Origin: Eledone cirrhosa
Taxonomy: Eukaryota
NCBI GenBank assembly: GCA_964016885.1
Contig: OZ024740.1
Location: 168,950,001-169,014,000, forward strand
DNA length: 64,000 bases
Direction: 5' to 3'
This document shows positions 49,788 through 61,200 of this stretch, in pieces. Within the stretch, counting starts at the first letter, position 1. Each line of letters begins with the position of its first letter. A program made the translations under genes and the position numbers. The notes beneath the pieces are model-generated. The model searched no databases, had not been told where the DNA came from, and saw only the letters and a list, made by a program, of their open reading frames with translations.

Positions 49788-49879
<92 letters not shown>

Positions 49880-49902
49880 CATATATATATGTATACATAT
49901 AT
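49760..49902. repeat. (TA)n / (TATG)n microsatellite, one of many in the window (e.g. 12163-12204, 26900-26945, 50264-50310)
   Basis: Direct inspection. Confidence 0.95.
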
Positions 49903-49903
49903 A

Positions 49904-50228
49904 CCCTCACCCCATCCACACCGCCCCTTTCAATGTAAAGTTATGTTGGTGCCACAACATCCAGGCCAAAACAAATGAGATCGTGTAGGTGTCACGACAA
50001 AAAAACACACAGTCCACACTGTAATGTGGCCGTGTAGGCAACACGGTAAAAACCTCCCAGTCCCACACTGTAAATGTGGTTGGTGTTAGGAAGGGCATCC
50101 AGCTGTAGAAAACCCGCCAGACAGTCCTATGCGAGCAAGACAACCACTCTTGCCTCAAGTGGGAAAACTCCCGTCCAAACCCATGCAAGCGTGGAACATG
50201 GACGTTAAACGATGATGATGATGATGAT
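49904..50228 (+). mobile_element. RTE 3'UTR fragment (family of 58263-62073)
   Basis: Near-identical to 57935-58260 and 61755-62073. Confidence 0.88.
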
Positions 50229-50260
50229 ATATATGTATGTGTAAGTAATACAGAAGACCC

Positions 50261-50310
<50 letters not shown>

Positions 50311-50313
<3 letters not shown>

Positions 50314-50519
50314 AGTAAAAAAGAGAATCAGTGTTGCGACAAATGGAATTTATTGGACATATCTGCTTCGTCGAATCAAAACGTATCTGAGGACCTTGCG
50401 ATTTTCAGAGTCAGGTTCAATCATCACATCGATCTTGCCTCGAGCTGGTCGCCAGAGAACGATTGTAATATGTTCAATAAATTCCATTCGTCGCAACACT
50501 GACTCTCTTTTTTTCTGTG
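50311..50519. repeat. Element with 52-bp inverted repeats in a TA microsatellite
   Basis: 50311-50362 versus 50468-50519, with 4 mismatches. Confidence 0.8.
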
Positions 50520-50599
50520 ATATCATACTCTGCTCTATGAGAGCATCAAGTGCTCATACGGCCTACCGCATACGGATGGTTTAAGCACCCAACACCAAT

Positions 50600-50630
<31 letters not shown>

Positions 50631-50647
50631 GTGAGTGTGTATATATT

Positions 50648-51062
50648 TCATCATCATCATCATCATCACAGTTTTACGTCCGTTCTTCCACGCTAGCATG
50701 GGTTAGACAGGTTGTCCTGTTGTGGGCAGTGTCTGGTTGGCTGACCATGCCTTGCTCATACAGGAACTGATTTGGCTTGATTTCTACAATACAGCTGGAT
50801 GCCATTCCTAACACCAACCACATTTACAGTGAGTGCTGGTGCTTTTTCGGGGCGCCTACACGTCCACTTTACAGTGTGGGCTGGGTGCTTTTTTGCCGTG
50901 GCACCTCCACGACCACCTTGCAGTGGGAGGGTATGGGGGCATATTGTCTATATGCTTCAGCTTGTACTCATGGGAGGTCGGGTACTCTGTATTACTGCGT
51001 GACGCCAGAGGTCATGGTTGTGTGTCATCGCCTTTGAGAGGTGTAATTGGGTAAGGTTGGCT
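50648..51062 (-). mobile_element. RTE 3' fragment
   Basis: Reverse complement of 39310-39710. Confidence 0.8.
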
Positions 51063-51217
51063 TTTATATATATATATATATATATATTTATTAAAATAAC
51101 AAATTAAAGTTTAAGCAAAGAAATATATTTATATAGTTTATCCTGGGTTCAATCAGGAGTAACCACAGTAAGTAAGGTACTCAATACAAAACAGAGTATA
51201 AATATTTAATATAGAAA

Positions 51218-51268
51218 AGCTTCTACAGGACTAGAACCATTTCATTTGTGAGAAATCATCAGGAAGCT
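51218..51268 (-). ncRNA. Candidate type I hammerhead ribozyme in a Penelope-type terminal repeat (~51125-51510)
   Basis: AGCTTC-CTGATGA-TTTCTCACAAAT-GAAA-TGGTTCTAGTCCTG-TA-GAAGCT; TATAAATA and two CCAAT boxes upstream. Confidence 0.65.
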
Positions 51269-51600
51269 GACTGTCGAAGTAATATGGTGGTATTTATATC
51301 TTTTCTGGTGGTAGGAGAGGGTGGTGATTGGGATGGGTGGAGGTCATTGGTTGATAGGTTTAAAGAAAAGGGAATTCTTTAAAAGCTATATTTAGAGTAA
51401 CAAAGGCAGAAAGAATTCTATAAACAAGTTCAAACTGGGGGTGCCACTCCTTATTTTTAAGGTTTTCTTAAGCTAACAATGCCTATAATTCAGGTGTCTA
51501 CAAGCACATTCACACGCACACACACATATATATAAAGCCCTTACTCCCACACACTCGCAAAAACACACACTCTTATATCCATATATGTATATATATATAT

Positions 51601-54600
51601 CATCATCATCATCATCATCATCCTCACCATTTTAGGTCCATTTTTCCCTGCTTGCAAGGGTGGGATGAGTCTTATTTAGCACAGCATCTCTCCACTTGTC
51701 AGGGTCCTTCATCATCTCCACCGTGAGCTTCAGTGATCTGAGGTCTGTTCTCACCACCTCCGCCGTTGTTTTTCGTGGTCTACCTCTACCACGTCTTCCT
51801 TCAACTGGCATTTCCTGGCACTTCTTCACCCATCGGTCATCCTCCATGCGCATCACATGTCCATACCACCGCAGTCTCTTCTCTCGCACACTACATTCTA
51901 TCCCCCTCAGATACAGTTTCTCTCTCAACACATCCATGCTGGATCATTCATGAACATTGATACTGCACATCCAATGGAGCATGCTTGCCTCATTTCTCTC
52001 CAGCCATCGCATGTCCTCTGCAGTTGCTGCCCAAGTCTCACTACCATGCAGCATGGCGCTCCTCACACAGGCATCATATAACCAGCCTTACGTACGCAGG
52101 GAGAAACCCTTCTTCATCAGCAGAGGAAGCAGCTCCCTAAACTTCTTCCAACCCGTCCTTATTCTAGATACTATGGCCACGGAACACCCTGCTCCCATGC
52201 TAATCTGATCTCCTAGGTACCAGAAGCTATCAACCACTTCTATAGCAACCGCCTGCATTTGAAAAATGTGTCTATCAATGCGACTTCTACTGTCTAATTT
52301 CCCTGTACATCTACTGCATACGTATTTCTCCCTACCTGTTAGTTTGCCTGCTATCCCACTTCATCTCTTGTGTACCCAGGATCTGCATTGTGTGCATTTT
52401 ATAGAATTTATGCCAGTTCCTCTTCTGCATATCGAACATGGCTATTCCCTGCCGGAATCAGAGTTTTGTCCTCTTTTCTACTCATCAACACTTTTGTCTT
52501 AGCTAGGTTCACTCTCAGTCCTCTTGCTTCCAACTGCTGTTTCCATAGCCAGAATTTATTCTCTAGCTCCTCTACTGATTCTGCTATAAGAACCAGATCA
52601 TCAGCATAGAGAAGTTCCCATGGACAGCCAGTCTTAAATTACTCTGTTATGGCTTGGAGGACTATAATGAACAGGAGCAGGCTGAGGACCGAACCTTGAT
52701 GTACTCCTACTTGTATCTGGAATTCCTCACTAAACTCCATTCCTACCCTCACTTTACTGATAGCACCTCTGTACAAAGTTTTCACTGTCCTCACAAGCCA
52801 TTTCTCAACACCTAGTTTCCTTAGGGACCATCAGATGACAGATCGGGGTACCCTATCAAAGGCCTTCTCCAGGTTAACAAAAGCTAAGTATAGTGGCTTA
52901 TTCTTATCTAAGAACCTCTCTTGTAATTGTCTCACCAAGAAGAGGGCATTTGTTGTACTTTTCGCAAGCACAAAACCAAACTGCATCTCATCTAGTTTGA
53001 CCCTTTCTCTAATTAGTTGTGCTAATATCCTTTTTGCCACTTTCATAACCTGATCCATCAGTTTTATACCCCTATAATTGCACCTCTCCAGAGCATCCCC
53101 TTTATCCCTGTAGCAACCCATGAGAATACTGCTGCACCAGTCTTTGGGTATGACACCACCCTATATAGCCTGATTGATGATGTGTGCAACCAGTTTAGTG
53201 CCTACGTCTCCTGATGCCTTCAGTATCTCAGCAACTATCCCCGGTGGTCCAGCGGCCTTACCATTTTTCATTTCCTTAAATGCTTCTTGGACCCTATATT
53301 CATAAATCACAATAGCTGGTCCCTCTGTCGAATCTACTGAGGGTAATTTCTCTCTCTCCCATTTGTTCTCCACATTAATCAGTCTCCCATAATGACATCC
53401 CCAGGCCTCCTTTTTCTGATCACTCGTGACACTAAGTACACCAGCATCATTCCGGACACATTTATCTCCAACAACATCCTGATTTGCATTGACACACTGC
53501 CTTGAAATGTGGAACACCGCACGTCTCTGATCTTCCCGTCGCAGAACATTGGCAAACCTCCTACTCTCAGCCTCCCTGCGTGCTAAATACACCTGATGTC
53601 TAGCTTCTCTCTTAGTGGCTGTATATCCTTCCCTACTCCCACCCTTTTTCCAAGCCTTCCATGCTAGTCTTTTGTCTCAAATGGCCCTATCTACCGTGCT
53701 GTTCCACCACCAGGTCACTCTCTGTCTGGTTGGAGCTCTGCTCCAGCCACAAGTTTCATCAGTAGCCCGCAGCAAGTTGTCACGCAAGAAATTCCAGCTA
53801 TCATCCATGTCCCACGACCCCAAATCGTCTCCGCCCCCCGCCACACACATCCCAAAGGGCTTTCCTAAATTTGTATTTTAGTGAAAGGTCTTTTAGCTTC
53901 CAGACCTTTCTTCTCCACACCTTCCTGTATGACTCATTCCGTCTCTTGCTTACTGAGATATCACCAACGACTAATCTATGCTGTGGGGTACATTCTTCCC
54001 CAGGGTATGCCTTGGTATTTGACACCATCTGCCTGTTCCGCTGCCTAACTAGTAAGAAGTCAATCTGGCTTATGTGCTTGCCCGATTTGTAGGTTATTAG
54101 GTGGTTGGCAGGTTTCTGGAAGTCACTGTTGCAAATGGTTAGTGTACTTGCATCACAAAATTCAAGAAGTCTCACTCCTTCCCCACCTCCTGAGCTGCAA
54201 CCATGCCCACCATGCACCCCAGTGCAACCATCCTGGAGCTGTCCAACATAACCACTGTAGTCCCCAGCTAGCACAACGATGTCTCCAACCTCCGTCATTG
54301 CGACTGTTTGTAAAAGCTGCTCGTAAAAGCAGTCTTTCTCTTTGTTACCTAAGCCTGCTTCGGGAGCATAGGCAGAGATGATTGTCAGTAGTCTCCTGCC
54401 TACAACCAATCTAAGCTTAATTATTCTATTATTAACTCGAACTACCTCTATTGTCCCATTGATCCATACCCCAGCCAGGAAAATGCCTACTCCCCCTAAC
54501 GCATCATCCTTACCCACCCAGAAAAGCTTATAACTAAGATGTTTGCCTGTGATTAGTCTCGCAGAGGCACCTCTCTATCTCACCTCTTGCACGCAGCATA

Positions 54601-54760
54601 CACCCACATGTCCCCCCCCCCCAGCATCTCCGCCACCTTACCAGATCCACCTGTGAGAGTGCCAACATTAAGTCATTAAGTGTTGCAACTCTGCGATGCA
54701 ACGCCTTCATATTTTTGTTCCTTTTCCTGTAGTGCGATTGCTTGAAGACGGTCGGGTGCA
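51601..54760 (-). mobile_element. RTE LINE, near full length, degraded
   Basis: APE (NVGTL, ISAYAP, QIDFLL, QHRLVV), RT (LYLAFVNLEKAFD, LLYADD), WYGHV..GRPRKT; the ORF runs up to the (GAT)n tail. Confidence 0.92.
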
Positions 54761-54802
54761 TATATATATATGTATATACATATATACATATATATATATA
54801 TA

Positions 54803-55474
54803 TCTTGGTTGTCCATCGTAAATGATGATGACATCTTCTTTATTGTTGTTCCTGTCTGCCGTAGAGGCCAATCCTTGACTTGCAGGTCCGGGGACAGTGG
54901 AGGCAGGGGAAGAGACCGGAGTCAGACCGGCAAATCCCAGAGGTAACCTCCACCTCTCGCCCATCGCCGCAGGGCTTTGGGAGTGCATGCTAAAGAAGAA
55001 ACCTGTGCGGGAAAGTTTATAGTGGGAGGGCCAGTGCACAGTGACTGTCCCACTCACTCGGCCGCAGAAGCCAGAATCCGGTGGTACGGAGGACCGTCAC
55101 GACCATGACTTCCTTGGCTGCAGTGGATCACCACGACGTCTGTAGTGCCTTGCCATGCCCTAGCGCTCCACACCGCTTGCTGTCGCCGCCTTTGTGACCG
55201 TTGGGATGATGTTGTTCTCCTCCACTCACTCTGCCGGATCCAGTCTTCGCATGCAGGGGAAGGCACTCCCTATCTAACTCACCGGAGGTTTCAGACTTGT
55301 CTGGCTATCCTCAACTTGGTTCAGCCCGCCAGCCAAGGCGGTTTACCGGGGTGTGGCTCTGTTGCATGCTACAGCTTCTTGGGGCCACAGGTGAGAGGTG
55401 AGTGTCAGGTGGGACCCAGTGCAGGACGAGCTGTCCTGAAAAGAGCATGGCTAGCCCTCCCTGACACCCCAGGC
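54803..55474 (-). mobile_element. Bipartite non-autonomous RTE derivative (5'UTR fused to the 3' end) with a candidate HDV-like ribozyme
   Basis: GC-rich 5'UTR-like segment joined to FPCLHCPRTCKSRIGLY (RTE C-terminal Zn-finger remnant) and a terminal GTCATCATC..GATGGAC hairpin; TA microsatellites on both sides. Confidence 0.65.
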
Positions 55475-55962
55475 ATATACACATGCATATACATACATAT
55501 GTACATATGTATATACATATTTACACATTTGTGGATGGCCGTTGACTCTTATGAGTTCTTCCGCCCTTTGTCAGGTTTTGTTTTTTGTCCCGCAGGGTGT
55601 CCAAAAACACCCTCCTCACCAAATACACTTGGTGGGGTTGCCAGTTTAGTCGCCAACAACTCAACCATGCGACAGGTTGTACTGGTTTACATGTTACCAG
55701 TAGCACTCAAGAGTGACCTGACATAATATATATATATACACACATACACACACACATATATATATATATATAGAGAGAGAGATACATATACATATCATCT
55801 GAGGTCTGCTCCCACCACTTCCACCCATGTTTTCGTGGTCTTCCTTGACTGCGTCTTCCTTCTACTGGGGTTTCTTGGCACCTCTTTACCCAGCGCTCAT
55901 CCTCCATGTGCATCACATGCCCATACCAATGCAGTCTTCTCTCCCGCACACTACAGCCTATT

Positions 55963-56022
<60 letters not shown>

Positions 56023-56027
56023 TATAA

Positions 56028-57578
56028 TTAGATGAGAAGCAGTTTGGTTTTGTACCAGGGAAGAGTACAACAGATGCCCTCTTTTTAGTGAGACAACTAC
56101 AAGAGAGGTTCTTAGAGAAGAATAAGCCACTTTACTTAGCTTTTGTTGATCTAGAGAAGGCCTTTGATAGGGTACCCCAATCTGTCATCTGGTGGTCCCT
56201 AAGGAAACTAGGTGTTGAGGAATGGCTTGTGAGGACAGTACAAGCTATGTACAGGGGTGCTGTCAGTAAAGTGAGAGTAGGAATGGAGTTTAGTGAGGAA
56301 TTCCAGATACAAGTAGGAGTACATCAGGTTTCGGTCCTCAGCCCGCTCTTGTTCATTATAGTCCTCCAAGCCATAACAGAGGAGTATAAGACTGGCTGCC
56401 CATGGGAACTTCTCTATGCTGACGATCTGGTTCTTATAGCAGAATCAGTAGAGGAGCTAGAGAATAAATTCTGGCTATAGAAACAGCAGCTGGAATCAAG
56501 AGGACTGACAGTAAACCTAGCTAAGACAGATGTTGATAAGTAGAAAAGAGGTCAAAACTCTGATTCCATCCGGGAAATGGCCATGTTCAATATGTAGGAA
56601 AGGAGTTGGCATAAATTCTATAAAATGCACACAACGCAGATCTTGGGTACACAAGTGATGTAGTGGGATAGCAGGCAAGCTAACAGGTAGGGAAAACTAT
56701 ATATGCAGTAGATGTACAGGGAAATTTGACAGTAGAAGTTTCAGTGATAGACATATTTTTCAAGTGCCGGTATGACCTATAGAGGTGGTTGATAGCTCTG
56801 ATACCTAGGTGATCAGATTATTAAGGGAGGAGGATGCTCCGAGGCCATAGTATCCAGAATAAGGACAGGATGGAAGAAGTTTAGAGAGCTGCCTCCTCTG
56901 TCGACAAAGAAGGGTTTCTCCTTATGAACGAAAAGCCGGTTATATAATTGTTTCTTCATTTGGCACAAGGCCAGCAATTACCCACAACATTACTGGTACT
57001 TTATTTTATCGACCCCGTAAGGATGAAAGGCAAAGTTAACCTCAGCGGGATTTGAACTCAGTCTGTAAAGGGACGTAACTATGCTGGAAAGCATGGCGTC
57101 CGACTATCTACCGATAGTGCCAATCCACTGCTCGGTTATATAATGCCTGTGTGAGATGTGCAATGCTGCATGGTAGTGAGACATGGGCAGCAACTGTAGA
57201 AGATATGCTACGGCTGTAGAGAAATGAAACAAACAAGCTCCGTTGGATGTGCCATGTCAATGTGCGTGAACGACCAAGCATAGAGTTGAGAGAGAAACTG
57301 TGTATAAGAGTGTGCTGGAGAGAAGACTGCGTTGGTATGGACATGTGATGCACATGGAGGATAACCACTGGGTAAAGAAGTGACAAGAAATCCCAGTAGA
57401 AAGAAGACACAATTGAGGAAGACCACGAAAACCATGGGCGGAGGTGGTGAGAGCAGACCTCAGATCACTGATGCTCAAGGAGCAGATGACAAAGGACCAT
57501 GACGAATGGGAGGTGCCGTGCTTAATAAGACCCGTCCCATCCTCGCAAGCAGGGAAAAGCGGACATAAAATGATGATG
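56028..57578 (+). mobile_element. 5'-truncated RTE LINE (family of 51601-54760)
   Basis: LYLAFVDLEKAFDRVP, LLYADD; matches 51600-52990 in the opposite orientation. Confidence 0.9.
56949..57132 (-). mobile_element. Meta-core SINE inserted in the RTE
   Basis: 12-bp TSD CGGTTATATAAT (56937-48 / 57133-44). Confidence 0.88.
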
Positions 57579-58262
57579 AACGGCAAAGCATAAACGAACT
57601 AAGGAAAAAATTAGAAATAAGAGGGATCAGATGTTGTTTACTCGAGAGAAGGCTACGTTGGTATGGTCACGTGATGCGCATGAAGGACGATAGCTGTATA
57701 ACAAAGTGCAGGGCAATAAAGATAGACGGTAGCCACGGAATAGGCAGACCCAGAAAAACCTGGTACGAGCTGATAAATTCCGACCTCACACACTTACACT
57801 TCACCAAGACAATGTCACTGGACCGAGACCTTTGGCGGTACTCAGTAATAGAGAAGACCCGCCTTACCTAAATACAAAGTAAAACCTACTACAGTCAATA
57901 GGCATCTCTAACAGAATACACCCCCGTCCCACCACCCCCACCCCATCCACACCGCCCCTTTCAATGTAAAGTTATGTTGGTGCCACAACATCCAGGCCGA
58001 AACAAATGAGATCGTGTAGGTGTCACGTAAAAAAAACACACAGTTCACGCTGTAATGTGGCCGTGTAAGCAACACGGTAAAAACCTCCCAGCCCCACACT
58101 GTAAATGTGGTTGGTGTTAGGAAGGGCATCCAGCTGTAGAAAACCCGCCAGATAGTCCTATGCGAGCAAGATAACCACTCTTGCCTCAAGTGGGAGAACC
58201 CCCGTCCAAACCCATGCAAGCGTGGAACACGGACGTTAAACGATGATGATGATGATGATGAT
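57579..58262 (+). mobile_element. 5'-truncated copy of the downstream RTE
   Basis: Near-identical to 61409-62073. Confidence 0.92.
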
Positions 58263-61200
58263 ACATGGCTATGTCTATTAAATTTCCTTTGTTCTTCATT
58301 GAGTATTTTTGTAGTTCTACAGTAGATATATTATACTAGTTTTCTAGTTGCACACTTAAACCTATTCTTCTCGCCTGTTGCCCCCACGCACCACCATTAT
58401 TACTACGTGGACCAATCATAAGCCAGAGGCCTAGACTATTGCTTACCTGGTCGCCTTCGATATGTAGGATGGAAGGACTACGGAGTTCCGGAGAGTTGAA
58501 GAAAGGAAAATCTGGACGCTCAGCGACAATGCCAAAGTTAAAGACAAACACACCTCGTGGACGAGAATGCGAGCATGCCTCTTTGTTTCGGCCGCGGATG
58601 GCTAACATAACCCCATCTCCCCCCCGCTCCCCACCTTTCCCACCCCCCTAACGCAATCCAAAACTTCAGATTTGGTACCTTGAATGTAGGCACCTTAAAG
58701 GGTCGCTCTAACGAGGTTGTAGAGATGCTTGAACGTAAGGAGGTCGATGTTTGTTGTATTCAAGAGACCAGGTGGAGGGGTGGATCTGCTAGATTCATTG
58801 TGGGTAGAAAACGATGCTATAAGCTTTTCTGGGTGGGAAATGACAATGGGCTGGGTGGAGTAGGTGTCATGGTAGCAGAAAAGTGGGCAGATAAGATAAT
58901 AGACGTAAATAGAGTGAACGACAGAATAATTAAAATAAGACTTGTCCTCAATAGAACTACGGTGACAGTAATATCCGCGTACGCACCCCAATCCGGACTA
59001 CCCAGCACTATAAAAGACAGATTCTATGAGACACTGATGCTCACTACCTCCCAAATAACCGACAGTGACTATATAATTATTGCCGGCGACCTAAACGGTC
59101 ACGTTGGACAACATTGTGACGGCTACGACGAAATCCATGGAGGCTATGGGTTTGGTACTAGAAATGAGGAAGGCTCCAGAATCCTGGAATTCTGCGAAGC
59201 AAATAACCTAATTATCTGCAACACTAACTTCAAAAAACGAGACAATCACTTGATCACCTACAGATCAGGGGAACATACCAGCCAGGTAGATTATATCCTT
59301 ACCAGAAGACGTGACAAAGTGACTGTTGTAAACACTAAATCCCTCCCCCATGAAGAATGCACCTCCCAACATAGACTGATAATTAGCGACCTAATAGTCA
59401 GGACGAGACGTACTAGACAACAGAAGTGGACTATCCTCAGGAGAAAAATATGGAAGCTAAAGGACCCCACAGCCAAAAATAAATTCCAAAGCATATTACT
59501 TGATGCTTTCGACAGTAAGGAAGAGCAATTAGAGTCGTACAAGGTAGAGGAACAGTGGGAATTCCTGAAAGCAAACCTGCTGACGGCAGCAGACGAAGTC
59601 TGTGGCTGGAGCAGGCCTGTAGGCAGGAGGAGAGTAACATGATGGTGGAACAGTAAGGTGGAGGGGTCAATTAAGGCCAAAAAGCAGGCTTGGAAAGTAT
59701 GGCGGGATGGGGGAAGCAGAGAAGACTATCAAGTGGCCAGGAGGGAAGCTAGGAGACAAGTGTACTTCGCAAGAAGGGAAGCAGAGGAAAGAAAGTTCAA
59801 GCATGTTCTACATCGTGAGGACCAAAAACGTGAGGTGTTCAGGATTGCTAGGCAATGTGTCAAGGAAAACAGTGATATTGTCGGGGAGAAGTGTGTACTT
59901 AACGATGACGGCGTACTCGCCATCACCGACGCCGATAAGAAGGTAGCTTGGAAGTGTCATTATGAAAGGCTACTAAATGAGGAGAATAAATGGGAGAAAG
60001 ACAGTCTCCCCCACATCGACCCAATAGAGGGACCAGCAGTGTTAGTCGAGGGTAGTATAATAAGTAAGGCAATCAAAGATATGAAGACGGGCAAGGCGGC
60101 TGGGCCTTCGGAAATAGTTGCCGAGATGCTGAAGGCATCTGGTACGGTGGGACACACCATGGTCACCTGAATAGTCAACCAAGTCATACAGAATGGGGTT
60201 GTTCCGAAGGACTGGCGTAGCAGCATCATCGTTAACTGTTATAAGGGTAAAGGAGATGCCCTAGATAGGAGTAACTATAGAGGCATTAAATTAATCGACC
60301 AGGTCATGAAGGTCACGGAAAAAGTAATAGCGCAACTAATCAGAGAGCGAATTGATCTAGATGAAATGCAGTTCGGGTTTGTGTCAGGAAAAAGTACCAC
60401 AGACACTCTTTTCATTGTACGACAACTACAGGAGAAGTACCTAGCTAAAAGTAAACCCCTATACTTAGCTTTCGTCGACTTGGAGAAGGCCTTCGACAGA
60501 GTCCCCCGTTCCATTATCTGGTGGGCTCTTAGAAAACTAGGTGTTGATGAATGGCTTGTGAGAGCTATACAAGCCATGTATAAAGAAACAGTCAGCAAGG
60601 TTAGAATTAACAACGAATATAGTGAAGAGTTTAGTGTAAAAGTTGGTGTTCATCAAGGCTCTGTTCTTAGCCCCCTACTATTTATTATTGCCCTCCAGGC
60701 TATAACAGTGGAGTTCAAGACAGGCTGCCCATGGGAACTCCTATACGCAGATGATCTAACGCTCATAGCTGAATCAATGGCCGAGCTAGAGAAGAAATTC
60801 CAAACATGGAAGCACGGCCTAGAATCAAAAGGCCTTAAAATTAACCTGGCTAAGGCTAAAGTTCTAGTTTGTAAGAAAGAAAATAAGGCGGCGGTCCCCA
60901 CCGGGAAGTGGCCATGCGCAGAGTGTAGGAAAGGCGTAGGTAGAAACTCCATTTTGTGTCCCAAATGCAAAGTTTGGGTGCATAAAAGATGTAGTGGGAT
61001 CACAGGTAAGCTAACTAAGAACATAGATTTTACATGTGGCCGGTGTTCTGGGGCAATAAGTAACAGCAAGTGCCCACTAAATACTAGCTCTTTCAACTGC
61101 GCAGAGGGTTCTATAGAAATAGTGGACAGCTTCCGTTACCTGGGTGACAAAATCAGCGGTGGAGGAGGGTGCTCTGAAAGTACAGTAGCTAGAGTCAGAA

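Noticed and set aside
49634-49988. YI/VC-rich ORFs (also 26808, 27715, 55827 and others)
   Set aside because: Translations of TA/TG microsatellites.
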